64,000 nt of DNA. Origin: Candidatus Moraniibacteriota bacterium. Lineage in GTDB: Bacteria > Patescibacteriota > Minisyncoccia > Moranbacterales > UBA1568. The position numbers and the translations under genes are program-made. The stretch covers positions 624 through 64,623 of the forward strand of contig JAAXTX010000004.1 of assembly GCA_013336285.1 (NCBI GenBank). Reading direction: 5' to 3'. Below the pieces are notes generated by a model. It did no database searches and was not told the origin of the DNA. It was given only the letters and a program-made list of their open reading frames with translations. Shown here piece after piece: positions 49,165 to 59,001 of this stretch (position 1 is its first letter; each line of letters starts with the position of its first letter).

Positions 49165-49968
49165 GTGAAGAAAATCAAAATAAAACGAGGGAGTCGGTTT
49201 CCGAATCTTAATGTTCTGTATGAGTTCGGCTTGGAGGCGGGAGAACTCATGGGCCGTTTCAAAGGATTGTCCCAGTGGGACATGCAAGAGGGTGGGATAC
49301 CGGTTCCGATTGTCGATCAGGCTATTGGTCATCTTGTCATCGGACGGATGAAAGAGGAATACCCGCACATTTCCGTGATCTCATCGCGGGAGAAACGGAT
49401 GGTGTCAGGATCGGAGTTTACCGTGCTGTTCGATCTCGAGGGAAAAAAATCGTCCGATCACACGACGTTTTCTCTCGCGGTCGTAAGGGAGGGGGCGCCG
49501 ACGGTCGCGATCATATATAATCCCTTCAGCCGGGCATTGTGGATGGCGCGGAAGGGTCATGGTTGCCGTATGAACGGACGTCTTGTGAGGGTGTCCGACA
49601 GGGAAACGTTCGAAGACGCAAGATTCTATTCGACATGGCTTACGGGAGACGAGTTTCTCATGCAGCTGGATGCTTCTTCGACGCTATCCGTTCGTGAACG
49701 GTTTCCAGGATTGCCTGCGGTCTATCAGGGTGGTCTGCTGGCATCCGGCGTATACGAATGTGTCGCGTATCCGTCAAGCGGGTCATGCAAGGCCGCAGTC
49801 ACGCAATTGATAGTCGAGGAAGCCGGAGGAACGTTTTCCGATCTTCATGGAGAGAGCATCGTTCATCCGTGTCGTGAGGATGGGCGACATGACGGTGTTG
49901 GTTTTCTTGCCACCAACGGGGTGTTGCACGACGCGTTCGTGAAGCATTTTGCGACCCTGCTCCTGTGA
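49165..49968 (+). CDS. inositol monophosphatase-family protein with degenerate catalytic motifs
   Basis: IYNP, A.KG.G..NG..RVS, LIVEEAGG.FSDL.G retained; DPxDGT replaced by DLEGKK. Confidence 0.85.
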   Translation: MKKIKIKRGSRFPNLNVLYEFGLEAGELMGRFKGLSQWDMQEGGIPVPIVDQAIGHLVIGRMKEEYPHISVISSREKRMVSGSEFTVLFDLEGKKSSDHTTFSLAVVREGAPTVAIIYNPFSRALWMARKGHGCRMNGRLVRVSDRETFEDARFYSTWLTGDEFLMQLDASSTLSVRERFPGLPAVYQGGLLASGVYECVAYPSSGSCKAAVTQLIVEEAGGTFSDLHGESIVHPCREDGRHDGVGFLATNGVLHDAFVKHFATLLL

Positions 49969-50125
49969 ACGGTTTGTATCGGTTCAGTCCGGCGGAAACA
50001 ATTTCCGTCGGCTTTTTTATTCCCGACCTCCGCGACCATACCGTGTCATCGCGAAGAAATAATAAAAAGGCTTCAAGTAAGGGTATATTGTCAAGCTTTG
50101 TATATCTGAAGAGCGGTTACGAGCA

Positions 50126-50154
50126 TTGACATAAGCGTAAAGATGTGCTAACAT
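50126..50154 (+). promoter_or_regulatory. sigma70 promoter
   Basis: TTGACA-17 bp-TAACAT with TG extension. Confidence 0.6.
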
Positions 50155-50255
50155 GTCAGGTCGAACCGAATCGTTCGAATGGTTTATTTAATAACGATTA
50201 TATCAACCATCCTTGAACGCTTCACGGCGCAAAAGGAGATATCCCAGGAGGAAGC

Positions 50256-50930
50256 ATGGTACATGGAAGCGGAAGAAAGGTGGAGTTGATAACGCTCCAA
50301 TTTGTAGGTTCGAACGAAAGTATCGTACCGAAGTTCGCACGGCGTCTGCCGGACGAAACATGGCATGAAATGTCCGATCGCAGGGATCGGTCGGGCACCG
50401 GCATTCGGCTGATCGAGCCTGTAGAAGAGGCTTCCCCGGAACTCCTCTTGGAGGATCTCAGAACCGCACGGTTCGAGATGGTCGATGCTGAGTGTCAGCG
50501 CCGGATCAATAAGGCGGATTCGAAGAAACCGTTTTATATGGTGCGGTTCATGTTCGCCCGCAGGGGGAGTGTGGCAATCACGCGATCCTTCAAGGGGATA
50601 AGGTATCCGCTTGAGCGGAGTCTGAAGAGGCTGTGCGAAAACTCATTGTGGCGGATATTCGCCCATGAGAACCCGTTATTCGTGAACGACCGGGAAGTTC
50701 CCGAAAAACGTTCCATCAGCATCAATCTCGGGACGCGGGTCCCCTTAGTGATTGATGGAAAACCCGTGCTGCGGCGAAAAAAGGACGGACAGGGTCGCCC
50801 GGTCGGCGCACCGGCCCACATCGACACCAATCGTTTCGTCAGGATGACGAAAGATTGCGTGCTCAGGGTAATCGACCTGACGCCGGAAGAAAATCCCGTC
50901 GTCGTTGAAGCCGAAGCTGAAATGGCTTAA
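50256..50930 (+). CDS. hypothetical protein
   Basis: AGGAGG SD, 224 aa, downstream hairpin terminator near 50954-50988. Confidence 0.8.
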   Translation: MVHGSGRKVELITLQFVGSNESIVPKFARRLPDETWHEMSDRRDRSGTGIRLIEPVEEASPELLLEDLRTARFEMVDAECQRRINKADSKKPFYMVRFMFARRGSVAITRSFKGIRYPLERSLKRLCENSLWRIFAHENPLFVNDREVPEKRSISINLGTRVPLVIDGKPVLRRKKDGQGRPVGAPAHIDTNRFVRMTKDCVLRVIDLTPEENPVVVEAEAEMA

Positions 50931-51077
50931 ACGGGGTACTGATGAATGGTATAGACCGGTGCAATGTATTGCGCACCGGTCTTTTTTTACGTCGCAACAC
51001 TGAACTTGTATGTAAACAATTACGCGAATATAACGTATAACGGTTATACCATAGTTCCATTCAGGAAAAAATGAGAT

Positions 51078-51455
51078 ATGAAAATGCCACCATTATCGCA
51101 GGAAGAGGAGCGCGTCATCGCGCACAAGGGAACGGAAGCATCGTTTTCGGGGAAGTTCTATGATCATCATGAATCGGGTATATACCGTTGTCGCAGGTGT
51201 GGCGTCGAATTGTACCGGTCTTCGGACAAATTCGATTCGGGACGCGGTTGGCCGAGTTTTGACGACGAGATATCCGGCGCCGTGACTCGTGTACCCGACG
51301 TGGACGGTAGCCGTACGGAGATTACCTGTTCCGCGTGCGGAGCCCATCTGGGCCATATCTTCTTGGGCGAAGGTATGACTACGAAAGACATACGTCACTG
51401 CGTCAATTCCCTTTCGCTTGATTTTTCAAAGGAATACAAAAAAAATGAGAGATAA
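51078..51455 (+). CDS. msrB: methionine-R-sulfoxide reductase
   Basis: KGTE, KFDSG.GWPSF, RTEI.C..CGAHLGHIF, RHCVNS. Confidence 0.96.
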   Translation: MKMPPLSQEEERVIAHKGTEASFSGKFYDHHESGIYRCRRCGVELYRSSDKFDSGRGWPSFDDEISGAVTRVPDVDGSRTEITCSACGAHLGHIFLGEGMTTKDIRHCVNSLSLDFSKEYKKNER

Positions 51456-51484
51456 GTCTGCAAATGCACTCAATTTCAATCGAT

Positions 51485-51988
51485 ATGATCGAAAACGGAA
51501 CGGAAAAGGCGTATTTCGCCGGGGGTTGCTTTTGGGGAGTCGAGTATTGGCTCCGCAGGTTTGATAGTGTTCTGTCGGTCCAATCCGGATACATGGGAGG
51601 CACGCTTGAAAACCCGTCTTACGGAGAAGTAAGTACCGGGACGACCGGACATGCCGAAACGGTAGAAGTCGTTTTTTATCCGAAACGTCTTTCATATCGT
51701 GACCTTGCAAAACGTTTTTTCGAGATCCATGATCCGACCGTACTCAATCGACAGGGTCCGGATACGGGGGAGCAGTATCGCTCCGTCATTTTCTATACAA
51801 CAAAGGAACAGAAGCATACGATCGAGGAACTGATCGGAATATTGCGCGACCGAGGTTATAAAGTCGTGACGAAAGTCGTACCGGCCGGGAATTTTTATCC
51901 GGCGGAGGACTATCATCAGGACTATTATGAAAAGTCCGGCGGTACACCGTATTGTCACACACCGGTTCGTAGATTTTCCGAAGAATGA
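51485..51988 (+). CDS. msrA: methionine-S-sulfoxide reductase
   Basis: FAGGCFWG, GHAE, HDPT..RQG.D.GEQYRS, AEDYHQ.Y. Confidence 0.97.
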   Translation: MIENGTEKAYFAGGCFWGVEYWLRRFDSVLSVQSGYMGGTLENPSYGEVSTGTTGHAETVEVVFYPKRLSYRDLAKRFFEIHDPTVLNRQGPDTGEQYRSVIFYTTKEQKHTIEELIGILRDRGYKVVTKVVPAGNFYPAEDYHQDYYEKSGGTPYCHTPVRRFSEE

Positions 51989-52108
51989 GCCAATTTCTAA
52001 TGCCATTTGTATTTGAGGAGGTAATAATTCCAACATGATATGACTTATAGGTTACCATTGACTTAAAATGAATCAGGTGTAGAATACGCAGGACCGTAAC
52101 GGATTCTT

Positions 52109-53884
52109 ATGACCCTGCATGATTCCAATAAGACAATCGCGGAGAATATCCGGAAATATCGTGAATTGAAAGGGTTTTCACAGGGGGATTTGGCTGCGAC
52201 ACTTCACGTTGATCGATCGTATGTGAGTACGCTGGAAAGCGGGACGAGGAATCCGTCCGTTCGAACACTCGACAAGGTTGCCAAGTCACTCGGCACGAGT
52301 CTCGTTTCCCTTGTAGAAACGCCGAGGTTTGAGCATAAGGGAATATCCGATGCTATCCCGTACGTATCCGGGCTTATCGAAATGAAGCGGAAAGAGTGGT
52401 CCGGCAAGGAGTGGTATCATCAGCGCTTCGACGGGTCGCCGTACCTTATTCATATGATCGGGGAAGCGGAAATCGTAACGAGACGCGATAAGAAATACGG
52501 ACTTTCATTCAATCGGCATTTCTGTTTCTTTGAAGACGGGAAGGCGGATTGGTATATCGATGTCGCGGAAATCGATCGGATATCGGCTGAGATCCTGAAA
52601 TTGTCGCATCGTCACGGCGATATAAGTAAGCGACTGATAGAGGAGTATCGTCCGTTCGAATCGGCATTTTACGAGAATTGCGAACGGATCCGAGCGACGA
52701 ATCTACACTCCCTTTCGAATCGCGATCTTATCTTGCTTCACGACGAGTATTTGCAGACGATACTGACACGGAACAGTTCGAGTTCGATGATAGACGGGTT
52801 CGCGCTCGGTACCGATCGAATGCTTGAGGAACGGATCAAACATACCTACGAATCGTGCCCGGACGCGTCCGGAACCCTCAGTTTTTCCGAAACGTTTTCC
52901 ATCCTGACGACCCCGGATCACTCTTCGTTTATCCGCGAAGCGGAACTCGGATTATTCCGATTAATACTTGCGCTTCGGAAACGAGGCGATGACCGCCGAA
53001 AACTGATTCGAGAATATCGTGACCGATATTTCTGGATCCGGAACAACTATATTGATTCAAACGAACTTTCCGTCGCGTATTTCGAGGAGGAAGTCGCGCG
53101 GATTGATTCCTCCGGACTGGATATAGAAGCCGAAATAGCGCGTATCGAAAACCTTCCCGCGGAAAACCGAAAAATGAAGAATGCTTTGTTGGTAAAGCTC
53201 GGACTCGACGAAGCGACGCGCGCGCTTCTTTCCATTACCGAGGACTTCACCGCGTGGCAGGATGATCGCAAAAAGGCGACGATGTATACCGCCTATTATT
53301 GTACGCTCATGCTTGACGAGATAGCTCGGCGTGTCGGTCTTTCTGCCGATCTGCTCAAATATATGTCTCCGAGGGAGGTTTCCCGAATATTTCTGGATAC
53401 TCCGACGATTGACGTATTGGAGAAACGCCGTACCCACAGTGTGGCATATTGGGATGAGGACGGTCATGAAATCTTGTCCGGCGACACGGTCACTGAACTT
53501 CATAAAGAACTTCAGGGAAACAAAGATATGGAGGATGTGAAGGATTTTCGCGGATTGACTGCCTCGCTCGGGTCGGCACAGGGAAGGGTCAGGATTATCC
53601 GGAGCGTGAAGGAGATAGGCCGCGTGAAGCAGGGTGATGTGCTGGTTGCGGTGATGACCCGGCCGGACTATGTGCCTGCCATGCGGATCGCCGTCGCGAT
53701 CGTGACCGACGAGGGCGGTATTACTTCGCATGCCGCCATCGTGGCACGTGAGCTGAAGATCCCGTGTGTCATCGGGACCAAGATAGCGACCAGGATACTT
53801 CGTGACGGCGATCTCGTACAGGTGAACGCGAATCACGGAGTCGTACGGATACTGGAACGCGCGCCGATTACGAAGACGGAGTAA
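52109..53884 (+). CDS. XRE-family HTH fused to a PEP-utilising mobile (phospho-His) domain
   Basis: N-terminal IRKYR...SQGDLA....VDRSYVS.LE.G.RNPS; C-terminal VTDEGGITSHAAIVAREL.IPCVIG. Confidence 0.9.
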   Translation: MTLHDSNKTIAENIRKYRELKGFSQGDLAATLHVDRSYVSTLESGTRNPSVRTLDKVAKSLGTSLVSLVETPRFEHKGISDAIPYVSGLIEMKRKEWSGKEWYHQRFDGSPYLIHMIGEAEIVTRRDKKYGLSFNRHFCFFEDGKADWYIDVAEIDRISAEILKLSHRHGDISKRLIEEYRPFESAFYENCERIRATNLHSLSNRDLILLHDEYLQTILTRNSSSSMIDGFALGTDRMLEERIKHTYESCPDASGTLSFSETFSILTTPDHSSFIREAELGLFRLILALRKRGDDRRKLIREYRDRYFWIRNNYIDSNELSVAYFEEEVARIDSSGLDIEAEIARIENLPAENRKMKNALLVKLGLDEATRALLSITEDFTAWQDDRKKATMYTAYYCTLMLDEIARRVGLSADLLKYMSPREVSRIFLDTPTIDVLEKRRTHSVAYWDEDGHEILSGDTVTELHKELQGNKDMEDVKDFRGLTASLGSAQGRVRIIRSVKEIGRVKQGDVLVAVMTRPDYVPAMRIAVAIVTDEGGITSHAAIVARELKIPCVIGTKIATRILRDGDLVQVNANHGVVRILERAPITKTE

Positions 53885-53966
53885 GAAGAATCATTGACAG
53901 AACGATTAGGATTTGTCATTATTTTTTCACGTTCTTTTAACACTTCAACAGACAAGGAGAAATGCC

Positions 53967-54758
53967 GTGAAAAACAAAGCTTTTCCCGATATCGATTTTT
54001 TGGTTCGGCTGGCCATGGAGTCCGGAAATATCATGCTCAAGCTGCAGGGTTTTCCGGAAGAGAAAAAAAAGGATGGGACACCGGTGACGATAGCCGATGT
54101 GGCGATAAACGAACTGGTCATCCGTCGCATCAAGAAGTCATATCCGCACGTATCCGTCATCGCGGAGGAAGGGAGCAGGCTTTCGGGATCGGAATATTGG
54201 GCCTTTTGCGATCCGGTCGACGGAACGGATTCGTTTTGCAAAGGGCGAAACCTCTCAGTTTTCTCTCTTGCGATCGTGCGTGACGGAAAACCACTTTCCG
54301 CTGTCATTTATAACCCGTTTACGGGGCAGATGTGGACCGCTCAGAAAGGTCTCGGCTGTTTCCTGAACGGGAGACGGATACGGGTATCGGATCGCGCGAT
54401 ATTTCAGAAGTCCAGCTTTTACGTAATGTGGTGGAAGGGAAAGGACTTCCTCAAGGGCTACAGCAAGGAACTGGAGCGTAACGGGGCCAGCACGTTGACC
54501 GAAGGCTCCGTAGTGTATCCCGGCGGATTGGTTGCCGCCGGATCGTTCGAAGGAACGATCTTTCCCGGAAGCAATTCCTGGGAGGCGGCGACCATGGAAC
54601 TTATCGTGACCGAGGCAGGGGGGACATTTACCGATTTGTACGGTATGGAGATAAGGTATCCTTGCGAAGTGACCGGAGTCTGTAACGGATTCGGACATAT
54701 CGCCAGCAATACGGTCCTTCATTCGCGGTTGGTGGATTCGGTCCTTCCTTATCTGTAG
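53967..54758 (+). CDS. inositol monophosphatase family (SuhB-like)
   Basis: PVTIAD, AEE, DPVDGT, WEAA, EAGG; GTG start after AAGGAG. Confidence 0.9.
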   Translation: MKNKAFPDIDFLVRLAMESGNIMLKLQGFPEEKKKDGTPVTIADVAINELVIRRIKKSYPHVSVIAEEGSRLSGSEYWAFCDPVDGTDSFCKGRNLSVFSLAIVRDGKPLSAVIYNPFTGQMWTAQKGLGCFLNGRRIRVSDRAIFQKSSFYVMWWKGKDFLKGYSKELERNGASTLTEGSVVYPGGLVAAGSFEGTIFPGSNSWEAATMELIVTEAGGTFTDLYGMEIRYPCEVTGVCNGFGHIASNTVLHSRLVDSVLPYL

Positions 54759-54819
54759 ACAGTTAACGGTCCGGCGGAGTATCATTTCCGCCGGACTTCT
54801 TTTTATCTATACTGTCGGT

Positions 54820-55815
54820 ATGGACTTACTGCACGCGTTTGAAAACGGCCGTGTCGACGTGATTTCCGGTCTGCCCGACAGGGTCGTCGAGACGATCCTT
54901 TCGAGACTGTTCTTTTTCGAAGACCGGATTTTCAAGGTATATAAGTGGCGTAACGGATCGATCGGCGATTTCACGGATCCGGAGTTCAGGTCGGAGTTTT
55001 TTCGGGACGATTTTACATGGAACGTTTCCATGTCGCCGGATACCTATGTCAGACTCGGATTCGTCGCCAAAAGAGGCGGCAGGTATTACGAGGTTCACGA
55101 ATCGGAAGCGGAAGACTTTTTCATCGAGATGAATAGGATAAACCAGGACGAAATACTGTTCGAACTCCTGAAGTGCGGAAAGATTTCGGAGAAGGACCTC
55201 AGGGCGACGGTCGTCACGATGTTCGACAGGCTCGGAGCGTTGACCGAGTCGGTCCGTGACTTGTTTCCGGATATCTTCTCGATCCCGCTCCCGGAACTTC
55301 ACCTGATGGATATGCAGTCGACGAGGGAATGGATCCGTATGACCGATGATTTCCCGTTTCACGAGGAAGCCGGAATCGTATCGCTTACACTGGAAAGATT
55401 TATCGCAAGCCACCGTCCGTTCAGGGAGTTCGAAACAAAACGGTATTGCGCATCCATAGACAATCATGCGGGGAACATAGTATTCAGTCGGGGGGAGACG
55501 AAATTCATAGACTCCATGCCGCCGATGCGTATCTGGCGCGCGCAGACGCCGCTCTACATATTGAGTCGTCCGGCAACCGATGTGGAGGTGCTTATAGGAA
55601 AGGAACTTTCGGACGCGATGTACGAGGAGTATTCCAGCATGACGGGTGTCGAAACAGATCCGTTGGAGAGGTCGTATTGCCAGGCCGTTTCCGCCCTTAT
55701 CATGGCGCCGTATATGCATAGTCTGCATGAAAAAGAATTGTCGAGAAAGTATCTCGATTTCGCGAAGGAAAAGATATCGGAGCTCGATGATCGCGTCTCA
55801 TTCCCTTTGCTATGA
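54820..55815 (+). CDS. aminoglycoside-phosphotransferase/kinase-like protein
   Basis: IFKVYK, IEM.RI, DNHAGNIVF, FIDS. Confidence 0.7.
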   Translation: MDLLHAFENGRVDVISGLPDRVVETILSRLFFFEDRIFKVYKWRNGSIGDFTDPEFRSEFFRDDFTWNVSMSPDTYVRLGFVAKRGGRYYEVHESEAEDFFIEMNRINQDEILFELLKCGKISEKDLRATVVTMFDRLGALTESVRDLFPDIFSIPLPELHLMDMQSTREWIRMTDDFPFHEEAGIVSLTLERFIASHRPFREFETKRYCASIDNHAGNIVFSRGETKFIDSMPPMRIWRAQTPLYILSRPATDVEVLIGKELSDAMYEEYSSMTGVETDPLERSYCQAVSALIMAPYMHSLHEKELSRKYLDFAKEKISELDDRVSFPLL

Positions 55816-56543
55816 CTAAACGCAATCGTAGCATCGTGATTTTCGTTCTCGCAATTATCCTGATCGCGTTCGTTTCACGGTACGTCCCGCATCGGAACAT
55901 TGACGGCGACTCGTCTCCGGACGGTTCGGGTCAGAACGTGTCGGACGTCGTCGAAAGTCCCGCTCCCCATTCCGATGTATCGGGAACGGAACCGGCGGCA
56001 ATATCCTCGCCGATCGCCCAGACGGATCCGAATGCGGACGGTTTCGTCCCGCCGCTCGTACGTGCGGGAGAGCGGGTCACGAAGAAACCGTTCGGAATAT
56101 TCGTTGCCAAGGCTACATCACCCGTGCGGCCGGAACGATTTTCCGGATATCATACCGGGACCGATTTCGAAACTTTTCCGGTAGAAACGGATGTGGAGGT
56201 TTCGGTTTCCGCGGTATGTTCCGGTAAACTTCTATCGAAACGTATAGCGAGCGGGTACGGCGGTGTCGCGGTTCAATCGTGCATCCATAACGGAACATCC
56301 GTTACGATTGTCTACGGCCACCTGCGTCTTTCAAGCATCGCCGTTTCCGTAGGGGGCATGATTTCGGCGGGAGACCCGATCGGAACTCTCGGGAAGGGGT
56401 ATTCCACGGAGACTGACGGCGAGCGGGGTCATCTGCATCTCGGCATTCATAAAGGCGACGGATCGGACATACGCGGATACGTGTCCTCAAAGGCGGAGTT
56501 GACCGGCTGGATTGACCCGTGTATGCTCGTATGCCATTCTTAA
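55812..56543 (+). CDS. M23 family metallopeptidase
   Basis: HTGTD, GYG, YGHL, HLHLGI; N-terminal anchor. Confidence 0.92.
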   Translation: MTKRNRSIVIFVLAIILIAFVSRYVPHRNIDGDSSPDGSGQNVSDVVESPAPHSDVSGTEPAAISSPIAQTDPNADGFVPPLVRAGERVTKKPFGIFVAKATSPVRPERFSGYHTGTDFETFPVETDVEVSVSAVCSGKLLSKRIASGYGGVAVQSCIHNGTSVTIVYGHLRLSSIAVSVGGMISAGDPIGTLGKGYSTETDGERGHLHLGIHKGDGSDIRGYVSSKAELTGWIDPCMLVCHS

Positions 56544-56567
56544 GGCGTAATCGTTCCCATTTCCATC

Positions 56568-57641
56568 ATGATCGATCAGAAAAAAATCCGTGTCGGCATA
56601 CTCTTCGGGGGAAAATCGGCCGAACACGAAGTCTCTCTCCGTTCAGCGAAGAGCATTCTCGACGCGTTGGATCGCGACAGATATGAGCCGGTATTGATCG
56701 GTATCGCGAAGGACGGAAAATGGCAGTCGGTGGACGAAAAGCTTCTTCCGCCGGGCGAATCACTCGCCATCGGTTCGACTTCGACCGAAACGGCCCTTGT
56801 GCCTTCATCGGAGGGTGAACTGACGGGAACCGCGGCCGCCGGTCATATCGATGTGGTATTCCCGGTTCTTCACGGACCGTTTGGGGAGGACGGAACGGTG
56901 CAGGGGCTGCTACGTCTCGCGAATGTTCCGTTCGTAGGGCCCGGAGTTCTCGGCTCGGCCGTCGGTATGGATAAGGACGTGATGAAGCGGTTGCTTCGCG
57001 ACGCGGGAATATCGAACGCGAACTTCCTGGTCTTCCGATCGCACGAGCGGATTCCGTTCGAAGCCGTCCGGAATACCCTCGGATTACCGGTCTTCGTGAA
57101 ACCGGCGAATCTCGGATCTTCGGTAGGCGTGAGCAAGGCTTCCGACGAGGAATCGTTCATCGCAGCGGTCGAAGAGGCTTTTCGGTACGATACGAAAATA
57201 ATCGTGGAAGAATCCATCGTCGGGCGGGAAATCGAGTGTGCCGTACTGGGTAACGAACATCCGATCGCTTCCGTGCCCGGGGAAGTCATACCGCATGCCG
57301 AGTTTTATTCGTACGAGGCGAAGTATATTGACGCGGACGGCGCCGGATTCGAGATTCCTGCGAGGCTCGATCCGGAAACGATGAGCCGTATCCAGGATAT
57401 CGCCATACGGACCTTTCGGACGCTTTCCTGCGAGGGGATGGGTCGGGTCGATTGCTTCCTTCGTGCGGATGGGGAAGTGCTCGTCAACGAGATAAATACC
57501 ATTCCCGGATTCACTTCCATCAGCATGTATCCGAAGCTCTGGGAAGCGAGCGGTATCGGGTATGCCGAACTGATCGATCGTCTCATCCGTCTGGCCATCG
57601 ATCGACACGAACGCGACGGGAAACTACTGACTTCGCGTTAA
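56568..57641 (+). CDS. ddl: D-alanine--D-alanine ligase
   Basis: GGKSAEHEVS, HGPFGEDG, KPANLGSSVG, YSYEAKY, NEINTIPG. Confidence 0.96.
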   Translation: MIDQKKIRVGILFGGKSAEHEVSLRSAKSILDALDRDRYEPVLIGIAKDGKWQSVDEKLLPPGESLAIGSTSTETALVPSSEGELTGTAAAGHIDVVFPVLHGPFGEDGTVQGLLRLANVPFVGPGVLGSAVGMDKDVMKRLLRDAGISNANFLVFRSHERIPFEAVRNTLGLPVFVKPANLGSSVGVSKASDEESFIAAVEEAFRYDTKIIVEESIVGREIECAVLGNEHPIASVPGEVIPHAEFYSYEAKYIDADGAGFEIPARLDPETMSRIQDIAIRTFRTLSCEGMGRVDCFLRADGEVLVNEINTIPGFTSISMYPKLWEASGIGYAELIDRLIRLAIDRHERDGKLLTSR

Positions 57642-57664
57642 TCCGAAATATTGTCCGATATCCT

Positions 57665-58294
57665 ATGTCGAAAAAATGCATTATTTTCGATTTGGACGGC
57701 ACGATAGTCGATTCGATGCCTATTCTCCGTTCCTTTGTCGAGCATGAAGGACTGCTTCTCGATGAGCGCGACATCTCCGCACTCCGTGATTTGCCCGCCG
57801 GCGAAGCGTTGGGGAGGCTGGGGATCGGGATGTGGAAACTCCCGTATTTCGCCTGGAGATTTCGCGGTTACTTCAGGGAATCATTGCCGAAAGCCGTCCT
57901 CATAAGCGGTATCGAAGAAGCGGTCAGACGTCTTTACGATGAGGGCCATACGCTCGGCGTCTTGACGACGAACAGTCGCTCGAACGCGATAGCGGTCCTT
58001 GAACGCGGAGGAATCGGTTCCCGTTTTTCATTTGTGAAATCGGAGCGCAATACGTTCGGGAAGTCGAAGGCGCTTCGTCGCATCGTCAACGGATATGCCA
58101 TGAAACCGGAAACCGTCTGGTATGTCGGCGACGAGGTACGAGACATGGTGGCGGCGAGGGAGGCGGGACTTCGTTCACTGGCCGTGACATGGGGTTTCAA
58201 TTCCGAGAAAGCGCTTCGGGCGGCGAATCCGGATGAGATCATTTCAAGACCCGATGATTTGGAGTCCGTCATCTCGCGAGTCATTCCGAACTGA
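57665..58294 (+). CDS. HAD-family phosphatase
   Basis: FDLDGT, LTTN, K, VGDEVRD. Confidence 0.92.
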   Translation: MSKKCIIFDLDGTIVDSMPILRSFVEHEGLLLDERDISALRDLPAGEALGRLGIGMWKLPYFAWRFRGYFRESLPKAVLISGIEEAVRRLYDEGHTLGVLTTNSRSNAIAVLERGGIGSRFSFVKSERNTFGKSKALRRIVNGYAMKPETVWYVGDEVRDMVAAREAGLRSLAVTWGFNSEKALRAANPDEIISRPDDLESVISRVIPN

Positions 58295-58363
58295 GGGATA
58301 AAAAAATAAAACGGATGGAAGCGTCATGCTTCTCATCCGTATGCGGCTTCGCGACGCGGCTTT

Positions 58364-58873
58364 TCATGCCACGTTTTTTCGCCTGATTTCTTCGATACGT
58401 CCGCCCGTAAGGTGAAGCGCCAGATAAAAATATACGAAGGGAATCCAAAAGCATAGCAGTGGCCGATCCCAGAAGAGACCAAGAATGACGTTTCCGGCCG
58501 AAATGGCATCTTTCGAGAAGACACTCGTGCAGAAAATTCCGCCGAGATATTTCATCAGAAAGTACGACAGGACGAACGTCGCAGAGGCTTTGATGGTGGC
58601 AGAAGCCTGATCGTTTTTCCTTTTCAGCTGGAAACCGATGCCGGCGTCCTCATAGACGGCGGCAAAACGATTCACGTATCCGTTCGTCAACATTATTGCC
58701 GGGATGAAATACGCGAAACCGAACCATAGCGTGTAAAAGATCGTCGCCATCTCCGCTCCCGATGTCTGGATTTCACGTAACGAACAGGCGAAATAGAATC
58801 CGACCTGATTCATGCCTTGCAGTATCGCAAGGGAAATGAATAAGATCGTCACCGATGGGTCAGAGCGCTTCAT
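58364..58873 (-). CDS. four-TM hypothetical membrane protein
   Basis: AAGGAG SD; upstream TTGACA-17-TAACAT on the minus strand. Confidence 0.75.
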   Translation of the reverse strand: MKRSDPSVTILFISLAILQGMNQVGFYFACSLREIQTSGAEMATIFYTLWFGFAYFIPAIMLTNGYVNRFAAVYEDAGIGFQLKRKNDQASATIKASATFVLSYFLMKYLGGIFCTSVFSKDAISAGNVILGLFWDRPLLCFWIPFVYFYLALHLTGGRIEEIRRKNVA

Positions 58874-59001
58874 TGGTACTCTCCTTTTTGGATCGTTGGA
58901 AAAAATGTCAAAGAAAATTTAAAAGACATGTTATCATAAAAGTATGAAACTGTCAATGTTTCGATGAAGTTGTCCGCACGGAGAGAAGGACGAAACGCCG
59001 A

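Noticed and set aside
56568-57641. VanA-type D-Ala-D-Lac ligase
   Set aside because: Omega loop YSYEAKY is the D-Ala-D-Ala type; no vanH/vanX neighbours.
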